From the NCBI GenBank assembly GCA_964252035.1, contig OZ176209.1: DNA of 64,000 nt; one strand, 5' to 3'. Positions 40,599-53,293 of the stretch are shown in pieces. Positions within the stretch are counted from its first letter, which is position 1. Every line of letters begins with the position of its first letter. Under the pieces are notes generated by a model. That model was not told where the DNA came from, made no database searches, and worked only from the letters and a program-made list of their open reading frames with translations. Source of the DNA: Podarcis erhardii. Taxonomy: Eukaryota. The position numbers and the translations under genes are program-made.

Positions 40599-41869
40599 TT
40601 TCTGTACCTTAACGTTCCCTTTTAGGAACTATAAAATAGGCCAGAAGTGTTTGAGTTGGGGCATTGTCTATGCAATCTAATTTGTGTGTGTTCCATAAAG
40701 ACAAAGTTGTATTCCGCAGAGATGCAGGTTTCAAACCCAAGGTTAATTCTGTTTTTCACAGAGCTCAAGAATTGATTTTGCTTTGTTTTGTCCTAAATCT
40801 AGTAATCATCAAGAGAGGGTCGGACATTCCCTTGATGTTATGAGAACACTGAAAGTTTTCATTGCTAAGAACACAGTGTCCTTCAGAGTGGATTTGGCCC
40901 TTTTCTTTAAATTTATGACAGGAGGGGAAAACAGGGTCAGAGAGCTTTAGCTAGACTATCTCTAATGGCTTAAGGGTTGTATATAGAATGCTTGTAAGTT
41001 GTCAGGGGGCTCTCACTAGAGCAGGCTTGGAGTCAGGCTGGGAGCTCTGGTCCTGCAGTACTGCCACCCCCCCCCCCGGGGGGGCTTATCAAGTGGCAAC
41101 GCTGCAGCAAATAACATGGTAACACCAATGGGCAGTGGCGGACAGTTTGGTGCCTCAAGGACAAGTTTTGGGCAAAACGGTCACAGTTGGCTGCCATCTT
41201 TTCCCCCCAGAATGTTTCTTGGCTCCATGTAGGAAGCCTGAGTTTGCAGTTGTGGGCCCACTAGAGCCATGATCCTCACCATGTGCTCCAGCATGCTGTG
41301 TGCGGACTTTGGCCCTACACTAAAGCATGTGTCAACATGCTCTGCTAGAGAAGCTTTAGCGTCTTGAGCATTATGGTGAGTAATGGTTATTGTTATATCT
41401 TCTCTCTGGCTGTTCATAGTGTTATATTAACAAGTGTGGAATGTCAACAGAAAGAACTAAATAAACAAATAAATAAATAAATAAAAAGGCAAGTCACAGA
41501 TAAGAGCCCATCTGCCCGTTTTGGAGTCTAGGGGTAGAACTTTATTCAGACTCTGTTGCCTTACACAGAGATATAGTACTTCTGCCCTTTCATATTGCTT
41601 TATTTCTGATACGTGATCTCCAGAAGCAAATGAACAGCAAACACAATCCTATCCAGAGTATATACTACCAGTACACAGTACATTGCTTTGTGGGAAATAT
41701 CTGTGTGTCTCAAAAAGACTGGTGTCTGCGTTCGCTGGACTCAAATATTGAGAGTTTTAAGCAAAAGGCTGAAAATTAACCGATAGGGTGTGCCACTTTG
41801 CCCCACAATTCAGTGGCCAAATTGCCTAGTTTATTACATTTCTCAGATGTCAAAGTAGGAAATGTTATA

Positions 41870-42199
41870 CAGTGGTACCTCGCAAGACGAATGCCTCGAA
41901 AGACGAAAAACTCGCAAAACGAAAGAGTTTTTCGTTTTTTGAGTTGCTTCGCAAGACGGATTTCCCTATGGGCTTGCTTCGCAAGATGAAAACATCTTGC
42001 AAGTTTGTTTCCTTTTTCTTAAAACCATGCATTCACTTCAAGGAGCAACTCATAGCATAGTGTGGTAGCCTTTTTTGAGGTTTTTGAAGACTTTGGTGAT
42101 TTTTGAAGCTTTTCCAAAGTCCGTGCTTCGCAAGACAAAAAAATCGCAAGACAAAAAAACTCGCGGAACGAATTAATTTCGTCTTGCGAGGCACCACTG
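41870..42199. mobile_element. Tigger-like MITE family B (330 bp)
   Basis: TA|cagtggtacctcgcaagacga...tcgtcttgcgaggcaccactg|TA. Internal cgcaagac repeats. Confidence 0.92.
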
Positions 42200-42688
42200 T
42201 ACAAGGAACTGAATACTGTAGGGGAATTTATATTCTAAAGTATGTTTTCTTCTAGAGGAATACTATGGTTCACCCTTACCCTGCTATGTGTATCTTATCT
42301 TTGTGTTCATATTTGAACTCCACCTCAGTTTTACAATATCCACGTCCTGCAGTGAATGCTCATATTTATGTTAGTGGACCTTGTGTCTTGAATAACTGGA
42401 CAAGCCACTATTGCATTGAAAGTTAGTAAAATATGAGGTGTTAAGTTTTTATTTTTATGAACTTGAACAGTCTTAATCTACAATAAATATTAATTTATGG
42501 GTCAATACCACATAAAGGATATGAGAGGTGTTCCTTCCTACCACCTTTCTAATCCGTACTCAACAAAGTGATTTTTGAGGAGTCTCCTGGATACCTTTAC
42601 AAAATCATCCTAAAATTGTGAGGATTGTTTTGATTTTAAGCAAAGTTGCAGCTGCATAGCTATAAAGCAGTCAGTTCCCCTTATTATG

Positions 42689-42892
42689 NNNNNNNNNNNN
42701 NNNNNNNNNNNNNNNNNNNNNNNNNNNNNNNNNNNNNNNNNNNNNNNNNNNNNNNNNNNNNNNNNNNNNNNNNNNNNNNNNNNNNNNNNNNNNNNNNNNN
42801 NNNNNNNNNNNNNNNNNNNNNNNNNNNNNNNNNNNNNNNNNNNNNNNNNNNNNNNNNNNNNNNNNNNNNNNNNNNNNNNNNNNNNNNNNNNN
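42689..42892. other. N run, 204 nt
   Basis: Direct reading. Confidence 0.99.
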
Positions 42893-43928
42893 AGAGTGCT
42901 ACAGTGCCAACACCTTCAATTGGAGTCACACCCCTGTGTATCTAATTATTCACTGGTGCCAAATAAGGTTAGCAAGGATACCACCATGCTGTTGACAAAA
43001 TAATTTAGAAGGAAAACCTATTCACTTGTTTCTGACACTGACATCAGGTTTCAGTGGTCTCTTCTAATCCTGATCTTTCAGGCCAGCTTAATAATTTTTG
43101 TTGGTTTTGTTCCCCAACAAGTTGGCTTCCGCTCCAGGGGGGAGGGAGTGCAAATTAACTGGGGAAGAAAGGGGGGAGGGATAGCACATCTCTTGCAAAT
43201 CAAATGACATTTTAATATCAGCAATTCCCACCAAAGCTTTTCACACCTTTCTGAAAGCCAGAAAATTTTAGATATATGCATGAAACAAATTGTTTACTAA
43301 TTGTGAGAATGAGTATATCTTCCAAAATGTGGTTTCTACTTTATACTTTGCAGAAGGGGACCCATTAATTCGTATTACAGAAGCAAAGTCAGATTGTGCT
43401 GTGAGTTACCATCTGATGTATGAGCTGTAATTGTGGTTACAAACACTAGGTATGCAAAAGTCCCATTTATTCTGATGGGACTGATGGTCACATTAGATAC
43501 TGCAGATTTCCTACACACATGATGATTGTCCATGTATTCCATTTCATGTATATATCCTGGGAGACAACAATGGCTTGCAGTTTCCACTTTGCCTAGGCTG
43601 CATGTACAGGCAATGAAATAGACCTGTGTGCGATTGTCAAAAACGATGAAACTTTTCATACAGAGAAATGCTTTATTCGTAGAACCTGAACAAGCTGGCT
43701 TATGCCATCAAGAATGCAGTCATGGAGGTGTCTTCCCTTTTTAAGAAGCAGTATAAGATCTGAGCTGTGAATGTAAATTCAATTCAGAAACAAATAGTAC
43801 AGGTCCAAAACAACACCTGGCAACATTTATAATTTTTTGAGATTTTTTTATTGCCATAGATCACTTCCCCTGATTCACCTCCCCTGATATACAGGTCATT
43901 TCCTGGGACACCAGAGGGAATACATGCA

Positions 43929-44127
43929 CAGTGGTACCTCGGGTTACAGATGCCTCAGGTTATAGACTCCGCTAACCCAGAAATAGTACCTCGGGTTAAG
44001 AACTTTGCTTCAGGATGAGAACAGAAATTGTGCTCCAGCAGCTAAAGTGGTACCTCAATTTAAGAACAGTTTGAGGTTAAGAACGGACCTCCGGAACAAA
44101 TTAAGTTCTTAACCCGAGGTACCATTA
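43929..44127 (+). mobile_element. Tigger-like MITE family A, internally deleted
   Basis: cagtggtacctcgggtta...taacccgaggtacca. Lacks the GC-rich ~30-bp core present at 27344. Confidence 0.9.
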
Positions 44128-44699
44128 TAAATCATAGTTAGAACTCTCTGCACTAGGTTGGCTTCAGACAACAGTTTCTTCCTTATAGTGCAGCTTGTTG
44201 CATGGTGGGACTCCCATGGACCTAGACTCAATGCTCAACAGATTCCATGGCAACTGCTGTCAGTAAGCTAGGTGTTTGTAAGTTATCCCATCTGTGGTGG
44301 CTGCTGTTTGCCTGATGCCTTCAGCCAACCTTATTAAATTGGGGTCCCAGTGTCTGGTGACTCTATAAATCATTGAGAAATTGGGAAAAGATACTCGTCT
44401 AAATCAACCCTGAAGGAGCCCTGATTGAATAAAGTGCTTACCTTAAGCATATGTATGATCTCTGATCCCAAAGACTTTAATAGGATTAAACTCAAATGCC
44501 TTACCAAATATGTAATGGAGTATTTCTTTTTGAAAAATTTATCACATGCTTATGTGCTTTGGTGAACAGGATCCATGATACTCAATGTGCTGAATAATTT
44601 TACTTGAAATGTGTGGATCTGTACTGATACACTATAGGTTAGAGGAATGCTTCTGGCTTTTTGTATGTGGTCTAAGAAAAAGTACCAGCGTGTTAATGA

Positions 44700-44870
44700 T
44701 TTCCCACCTATCTTATCCAAAGGTCTCAAAGGGCCTTACAGTGGGATCTTATTTTATTTTATTTTATTGTCACACCACCCTGTCAGGTAGATAGGTTAAG
44801 AAATACGGTAATGCTTTGCCCAAACTGCTCACAAAGTTTCAAGGATCTAATCTGATGTGTACAATTTACT
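44700..44870 (-). mobile_element. Decayed Squam3/MIR-like SINE
   Basis: cacaccaccctgtcaggtagataggtt...tttgcccaa resembles the reverse-strand SINE body. Confidence 0.45.
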
Positions 44871-45084
44871 ATATCACATTCCACCGTGGAAGTGAGTGGC
44901 TTACATAAAATGCTTTCTTAAATATTCCAAGGGTACCCTCCAAAGAGCCAGGGACCCAACAGGCAGGTAGCAATTTTGGAGCATTTGTTTTCCTGGGAGT
45001 CAGGGAACTCCCCCTCCCATCAGCACCTCTATCTAGTACACCACATTTCAGTAAGGAATATTCTACATTCATATATTTTTTTCC

Positions 45085-45485
45085 TATTTCCATCTATATT
45101 TGTTATTTTCAGCATTTGTATCCTGCCCCATAACACAGCATTCTCAGGGTGGCTTACAGCAACCACCAATCTTAATCATCACCCCAATGTAAATATGGGA
45201 TAGAATAGAAGCATTAAAAAACCTACATAAACACAGCAAAAACACAAGACCCCAAGGATTGAAAACACAGATTTTAAAACCACAAATGGCTTTAAGGCAT
45301 ACCAAAGGCCTGGGTAAACAGAAACATTTTTACCTGATGCAGGAAAAGCTACAAATATGGACCCAGGTGAGCCTCCCCGGGAAGACTGTTCCATAATCGG
45401 GATGCTACTGCTGAAATGGTCCTCTCCCTGATAGTTCATTCATTCAGTGAGGGCACCCAGAGCAGGACCTCCAAAGAGGACCTTT
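45085..45485 (-). mobile_element. L2 3' fragment
   Basis: ggtggcttacagca tail, then cctccccgggaagactgttccataatcggg...gagggcacc...cagaggacct-type motifs. Confidence 0.65.
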
Positions 45486-46521
45486 ATGTAGAAATAAAGC
45501 AATCTTCATGCATGTGTGATATATTATTTGGTGAAAGACGTTGCTTTTTTCACAACATCAAGACATCATTTAACAAAATGGATATTCCCTGTTTCAGAAT
45601 ACTACAGCAGTATGATTCTTGACATGATAATTTCGATTGATTATATACTGCTATTTCCTACTTGCCCATTCACATGTTCTTGCAAGTCACCCCAAAGTTT
45701 TCACTAGCCGTGGGTTGTTGTCTCCACCCCTCCATTTAAGCATACAAATTCATGCTGTGTTGCAAACTTCATTTGAAACCCCCATGAAAGAATGGCTTTC
45801 ATTAGGGAAACCCAATTCCAAAACATTTTTTTTAAGGAATGTGGAGCTCTGGGTGGTTCCATGGACTGTGAATATGGTGGGGCTTTGGTTTAACAACTAA
45901 AATTAGTTTACAAAATGCCATTCATGGCCTTTTTGATTATTGATGCCTCCCAAAACTTATAATTACTTGATTCTGGATACAGACTTGGTGTGTTGACTTC
46001 TGAACAAGACACCATTCCCCTGATAGTTATTCTCTGGCAATCTAAGTGAGAAATGCTTTCCTTCCACCTCCCTTCTTACCTGGCTATGGCAGAGAGGGAC
46101 GAATATGTCTTCTTTTTCTCCTTGCTTACCTCTTTGCTTCCTGAAATTCTGCTGTAGGAACATCCCAAGGCACTGAAGGTCTTGAGATATGTAACCCCTT
46201 GGTGTGTAGTTTGCAGGGCACCTGAAGTCTATATTAAGGATGTCAGGTGTCCTGGGGAAATGCAGTTACTGACCCACCATTTTACACCAAACCTCACAAT
46301 GCTAAGGTTTCGTTAAAGACTGAAATTGTGAAAATCTCAGTTTTAACTGTTTCCTGCTCATCGGAATGTGACTACTATGAGGTTTTAGTATGCAAAAAAC
46401 CCCAAAAACTAATAAGATAATTATGCCACAATTTTGTGAACTCAGATATGTTGTTTTTGGTGGGCTTAAGCACTCTTATATCTGTAGTGGATCCTTACCA
46501 TACCTTTTATAAACAAATATA

Positions 46522-46713
46522 CAGTGGTACCTCGGGTTAAGAACTTAATTCATTCTGGAGGTCCATTCTTAACCTGAAACTGTTCTTAACCTCAGGTACC
46601 ACTTTAGCTGATGGGGCCTCCCGCTGCCGCTGCCCAAAGTTCTTAACCCGAGGTACTATTTCTGTGTTAGCACAGTCTGTAACCTGAAGCGTCTGTAACC
46701 TGAGGTACCACTG
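46522..46713 (-). mobile_element. Tigger-like MITE family A, internally deleted
   Basis: TA|cagtggtacctcgggttaaga...gtaacctgaggtaccactg|TA. Opposite orientation to 43929. Confidence 0.92.
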
Positions 46714-48230
46714 TATAATCATATTTTATTAAGCTAATGATTCAGAAGAAGGTTGGTATTATGATTTCTGATTATTTGGATATACTCATCTTATATCAGA
46801 ATCCAAGTTGAACAAATTTGATTTTTGTTTATCTTCTGCTCTAATATATTTTGGAAACATTTTCCAGACAACTTGTAGGAGAACTATATGTTAGTGTAAA
46901 AATGCTACACCGGAGAACCACAATTTAAAGTGTAGGCCTTTCTGTGGTATGATTTCAGTTACTAATAACAGTCATGTGAAACTAATTTCAGTATGTTCCT
47001 TATTTACTGACTGGTTCCATCTGATTTTTTATCCATAAGTGAGTTCACTGTTTCATTGGGATTTACATGTGCAGAATTTGCAAGCCATTTTAAAAGAAAG
47101 CTTTATTTAAATACTGTTCTTGTGTGGTGGAATAAATCCAAATGCTAGTTTTAATTCATTTTATGGTGCCCATTAAGTAGAAGCCAGGTGTTCTCTGGCA
47201 GAATATTAGAGGCAAAAAGGGACCAATATTTCAACAACCTGTTTTAAAGGGGTGTGCATAACACTGTATGTAGAAAAATTGGCAGGTGACCAACGAAAAG
47301 AGAAAAGCAATTTTTATATGGCATGGTTCCCTCTTTTTGGTGTTAAAAAAATCAACATATGAGAATGAAACAAGTTGCATTTTTAATATGAAATGCATGG
47401 TAGAGCAGCATAAGAGAGAATAGTGGATATTGCATCATATGCATCTTAGTATTTCATAATTGTGTAAATAGATATTTTCTGTGTGTTTTATTTTGCTACT
47501 ATAACAGAATATCTTAAGTTCTTATCTAAACAGAATATCTTACGTTCTCACAGTTCCAGACACTTGGTGACTTTTGAATTTCCTTTGCTATATCAGTTTT
47601 CTTAAAATGAAAGACTTGAGTTAATAACCACACTCTACTTTATGAAATTATGATCTGTAGCTGCATAAACTTAAATCACCACATTTTAGATAGCAAAACA
47701 ATAGAATTCTTGTGGGATAAAGTTGTGAATAAACAGGACCACACTAGATGTCTCTTAAGTAGCTATTCAAAATAACTTATAGTAACAGTTTGAAGAATTC
47801 ACCTGAAATCTGAAGAGACCTATTGTGGTGTTTTGTTCCTAAAAAAAAGGGGGGGGCTGAAACAGCAATCTTTTGATGGAAACTTAAGAATAGGCAGAAA
47901 TAAAAATTCAGAGTGCCTTCTATTAAATTATGTATACATGTGTAGGTGAGATATATAAATAATTTCTCCAAAGCCTCTTTTACTTTTCTGATGTGGCATC
48001 CAGCGAGTTGTGCAGGTTCTGAACTTTCTGTCCTCCAGTTCTGGAGAAGTTATGCAATTGGTACGGTTTGTGTCCAAACCAAAGCAGTTTCTGAGATAAT
48101 AGGTGCTCTGTTGAGATTGCAAGTCAGCCAATTCCAGCCATTGGCAATGGAGAAAAACAGAAAGACCTGAGATCAGTGCCTCAAGACTTATACTGCCTTG
48201 GAGGTACTATTTGTTGGCACCATCCACTAG

Positions 48231-48632
48231 TAGGGACAGGGAATAAATTGGATTTAGTTTGCATTTAATTTTGAACTTACCTAATTTGCACTTTTCAAAA
48301 CAACAAATGAATTGGAACCCAGCCAACCTTTGAAATTTGTACTTCTCCGTATTTTGCAATGCAGTTCTCCAGCTGAGTAAAGTGTACAAAAGGCATATCC
48401 CAAGGTAAAGGGTGACTATAAATAGCATACAGAAATGCATCCCATTACAGAAAATAGCTTTTGCAAAAATGTGTGTTTTAGGCAAAAATGCTTACAGAAA
48501 TATGTAAAATGCTGATTATTTTGCATGAGGAATTTTTCTAAAATTGCAAATTTATGTGGAAATGTGCAGAATATAAGCATGGAAAAATTATAAACTGAGA
48601 GAAACCAAAATGGATAGATGTGTTCATCCCTA
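48231..48632. mobile_element. Old hAT-like non-autonomous element
   Basis: Ends tagggac / catcccta. Degenerate TSD tccactag / taatctag. Confidence 0.55.
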
Positions 48633-51029
48633 TAATCTAGTGCCTCCTCTACCAGCAACTTGCAGGCTTTCTGGGAGTTACTTATTTCACAGTGGATGAA
48701 ATCTATTTGGCTGCTGGAAAAGTTGTTTTTGCCAAAATGTGTGTTTTTCAAAGGGTCAGGAATAGCAGCAAGGCAATATGGAAGTGGTTGGCAACAACAT
48801 CTTTCCATGCAAAGCCTGCAGGGCATGTTCTGTAGATCTATGGTGTTAGGAGGCTGTTCTAGGAAAGCCCTGCGTATGGCAAGTAACAATCCCCTAACAT
48901 ACTGAGATTTATAATATTGGTACTACCAGCTGTTTGTGCTTTACAGAGTAAAATGGGCCTGTTCAGAGTTGCTTTTACATTGACCTTTATTTGGTTGAGG
49001 AAAATAAATTATCTAGTTCAGAGATGTCATCTGGGTTACATGGGCAGGACTGTGAGTGTTGAAGTGTCTTGTTTGGGAAGGTAACGATAAGGTTTAGGAT
49101 AATTAATAAATGCAAGAAGGGGAAGGAGGTAGGTTTGTGTGCTGTGCAGACAGGGAGCAATTACTCTTTTACTGCCTTGCAGGAGGGCTTCCAGAGCATG
49201 GCCATGTTTTTTGGGCTTCTGTTGGTAGATGCTAGTGGGTTTCTACCGCCACACTTTGTGAGGATCTTGTTAAAGTAGCAGATACTGCCGCAAGTGTTTG
49301 GCCCCTATCTCATTTGTGTTGGGGCTTCTTTAGCAGGATAGGGGAAGGTATGGTTCAGGCACTGAGAAGGTTGTTTGAGGTTACATGAGATACATCAGGC
49401 CCCATGGGGCTGCTGCGGGTGCCCTGGAAGTGAAGAAAGCAGGAGGAAGTCAGCTTATCACTCTAATGAGTTATATTCTATTACAGTATTGTCATGTAGC
49501 CTGTTAATAGCAGTTTGGTTTCTGAGCATAGGCATGAGCATTTGTCAGGGACTCAGCTGAGCATCGGCCACTGGGCTGGCATATTTAGGATCAGTTCTTG
49601 AAGTATGTGGGACCAGCTGCTTGAGCAAAATGTGAGAGAAGAACCATTTTCCCAAGTGAAATGGTAGTGAAAGTATGGTACAATCAACAAGAGTTGCAGG
49701 GACCAATGGGAAACCTATGTCACATGCTTCTCCTTTGTAGGAGAATATGTAATTTATCAAAATGAATTTGATTGGTGCCAGGGGACATATTTACTGGCTT
49801 TCTGTGCCATTTCCACTAGTGTTTTAAGAGGATGGGTTATAAATGACTCCCTGAAACTGGTCATGATAGCTAGAATGTTGTTGCCACATTCCTTTATTGA
49901 AGACACCATGAGGTATTTTCCATGGCTTCTTCAACCAGACATTGCATACCTCATTTTCTCCAGCTTCCTTGTGCAATGGGTGCTCTGATAGGCATATCTG
50001 GATTTTGACTAGTAACAAGGTTGAATTGTTTCTTATCCCCACCACGACCACCACCACCACCTTGTGTTACCCTGTAATTAATAATAACTGTTAATTGCAG
50101 GCCCGCATATTACCTAATGTATACTAATGAAACCCAACTACTGCTGCTGTGGTCTGAAATGAGCCAACGACCCATTCATTCTCCCAGTTTTGTCATGCTT
50201 GTTGAAAGGTTAACTTGAGAAAAGCAATTTTTAATGTAACACAGATTTTCATGAACATTGCATTTAAATTTCATCTGCTGTTAATTTTTGCTCCATTTCC
50301 GGATTAAGTTCTGAACATCTTGCTTTGCTTTGTTAGAATAACAAGATAAAACATTTGCTTATGTGAAGCACTAACAGATTAACATAGTCATTTTTACTGT
50401 TAGTGGAATTAAATTCAGCTCTTTGTTTACCTGTACTCGTTTGGAATAGTCTGATATAATTTGAGTACAAAATAGAATGCCTTTTACCTTTCCTTTATTT
50501 GTGCTTTTATGGTGGGCATCCTGATTTTTATACTTTTATGTTTCAGTCGGTACACTTAAGATCACAGCCTAAATGTTGGTAAAATATTTGGAAAACCTTC
50601 CAAACAAATTTGAAAGTATCTGTGCACATTAATAAGCAGCCTTGCAAATAATTATTGATGAATACTGCCCACCCTCTGTTCTGCTATGCACAACTCACTG
50701 CCTCTCCATCCTCTTACCCATTCCCTCTTGCACTCCCTCCTTTCCCACACAGATCTGTAACCAATTTCTGTCTTCCAATCATAAAGGACTACGGAACCAT
50801 AAGGACTCAGCGAGAGTGTCCTATGAGCACCCATTAAATGTAGGGCAATACTAACACCTGCAGCTCTCTGTTTTTCATTTCTACCCTAAAATGGGTGCCA
50901 TCTAGGTCTTCAAAGAACCACATGTGAAAATACCATAGTACTTATAGAGCAAAATCACTTGAATCTATGCTGAACTTGGTGCCACCATTCGTTCAGGTCC
51001 TTCGGATGTTTCTGGAGCAGTCGTTGCTG

Positions 51030-52030
51030 CCACATGTCCTATCCACACCCTCTGGCTGTAAGGCCAACAATGTGGCCTCTTGATCTCTGGCCATCATGGC
51101 TGATTAAATCTACTGAGAAGCCAGGAAGTGATCAATGCCTCATTGTAGGAGGGAGTTATGCCCATTGGCTTGAAAGAGACAGTGGTGTGGCCCCTCTTGA
51201 ACAGGTCCCTCATGAATCAAAAAGTTTTAGAAAATTACTGTCCAGTCTCTAATATTCCTTTCCAAAAGGAGAGGATGGTGGCCAGTCTTTGGAGGCAGAA
51301 GCTTATCGTGGGTTGCTGGCACACGGGGCAGGGCAAGTGTTGCACCTCCCTGGTGGACTAGGCAGCAGTCAGTCCCTTTGCCAGCCAGCTTCTAACCAAG
51401 GGAGTCTCTCCTTGCAAACTATCCCCAGTCTGGGAGCAGAGATAAGGCAGAGAAGCATTAAGCCAAGAGCGTCGCTATGTGGCCTTGTTCTGCTGTCCTT
51501 GCAGTGAGGCACTCTGGGCAATGCATGTGGCTCTGGCAGTATTTTCTTGCCTTCCTCTTCCTCCCTCGCTCATTGGTGGGTGGTGGCGACGGCTTCGTCT
51601 TCCCGCTCCCTCCCCTTTGGCTGGCCCAGGGGCAGGGCGCAAGCAGGCGTCCCTTTGCTGTCCATGAGGAGAAGGAGGGGCCAACGCAGCACTGTCCCAG
51701 CATCAGAGGCCCAGCCATAGTGCGACTTGCTTCCCCACAGCTCTGGCCTTGATGAGGGAGCCTGTCACTGTGGTACCTGGTTGCACCCCATCAATAATTT
51801 GCACCCAGAGCCATGCCCCCCCCTGCCCCCTTCACTACGCCACTGCCTGGAAGAAGCAGAATTGTATAGATCCATTCCTGTCTGGTTTCAGACCTGGTTT
51901 GGGCACCAGGTCTTGACCTCTTGGCAGCTTTTGGCATCATTGACCATGATGTTCTTATGGAACAACTCGAGGAGTTGAGTTGGAGGTACCTTCATTACAG
52001 TGGTTCTGTTCTTAACTGCAGGGTTGTTAG
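51030..52030 (+). mobile_element. Decayed L2 RT N-terminal region split by a DNA transposon
   Basis: LKETVVWPLLNRSL...LENYCPVSNIPF (consensus LKEAVVRPLLKKPSLD...NYRPVSNIPF) before the insert. AAFGIIDHDVLMEQL after it. Confidence 0.85.
51296..51845. mobile_element. hAT-like non-autonomous element nested in L2
   Basis: Right TIR ctacgccactg, degenerate left end cagaagcttatcgtggg, GC-rich interior. It interrupts otherwise contiguous L2 coding sequence. Confidence 0.65.
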
Positions 52031-53160
52031 CAGAAAGCTGTGTAGTTCTTACTCTGTGATTTCAATATTCATTCACATGATTATTTGGATCTTCTGTTTA
52101 CAAGACTACTTTTCATTCATGATTATTTGAACAATCCAGACAAGAAAACATATACCTGAGAGACAAGGAGTCTGTGTCTAGATGACAATCAGTCTGGCAG
52201 CAGGAAAAAAAGATCTGGTATGCTGACCCTCTGTATAATTTAAGGAAATTTGTAAATCAATTAAAAAGGGAGCAATTACTCAATGATAATCAGTTCCTCA
52301 TTATTTTTCTATTGCTTTCTTGAAGCTTTGATTTAATTTTGGATTATTTTTGTAAAAAAACTCACCAATGTCAAGTGATTTCAGGGTCATACAGCATATC
52401 ATCGTTTTCTCAATTTACAGCTGAAAATTTTGGTTTGAAGTAGCAATTTATACAAGCAAAATAACACCTGATACTCTAGTCACACCACTAAATGTTAAAG
52501 ACAGCAATATTGTTTTACATGTTTTGCTTACTTTGTAATTGATTTTGTTGTAACTGTTGTATAAAAGACACTTTTTTGTTAAATTTTCAGAATTTTGCCT
52601 ATGATGTTACATTGTGACAGAGGATAATTCAAGATTACCCTTAATTAATTCAAACTATGGCTATTCAAGCATGGAGACAGGCTTCATAATATTGAAAATG
52701 CCTGTTACTGTAATTCAAGAAAGTATACATCTTGTTAGTTATAAAATGTAATTCCTCTTTACCTTTCATCTGAATCTGAGCAATCTAATACTGGCTACAA
52801 ATTGGGATCAAACACCTATTTTCAAAAGACACAAAGAAAGCACCTTCTCCCCACCCTGCTCAACCCAGGTCTGGCTTGGATTGGATCAGAACGAAAAATC
52901 CAATGATATCTGCTGAATGACAAACAATAAAGCCACTTGTATTCTATTCCAGATCAAACTGGGCCCCTTGGCCTTCACCTTGTCAATAGGGCCAAAAGGT
53001 TCCATATTCCCTGGACAACCCCCAGCATGATTAAACCCTCCATACCACTCATCCCAAATTAGGGATGCTTGAGGAATCTGCTCTTGGTGGAGTCTGATAA
53101 AAACTGACCTGATCCACACTTCCCAGACCAATATGTGGATAGGATGTGGGCCAGAACTGA

Positions 53161-53293
53161 TAGGGTTGCCATATCTTAAGAGCAATAAAAGAACACATTT
53201 GCTGACTTCTACTTTTAACTATGGATTGCTATGACAATTCTACCCATGAAAAAGAGGACGTGTCCTGGAAAAAGAGGACATATGGAAACCTTA
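53161..53293. mobile_element. hAT (Tip100-like) MITE
   Basis: TIR tagggttgccata / tatggaaacctta. Internal aaagaggac repeats. Confidence 0.7.

Noticed and set aside
47503-47552. 26-bp tandem duplication (aacagaatatctta...)
   Set aside because: Ordinary local slippage or repair duplication with no further structure.
48416-49460. 157-aa ORF and adjacent minus-strand segments with zinc-knuckle-like Cys/His
   Set aside because: Probably very old LINE debris overlapping a DNA element. Too degraded to assign.
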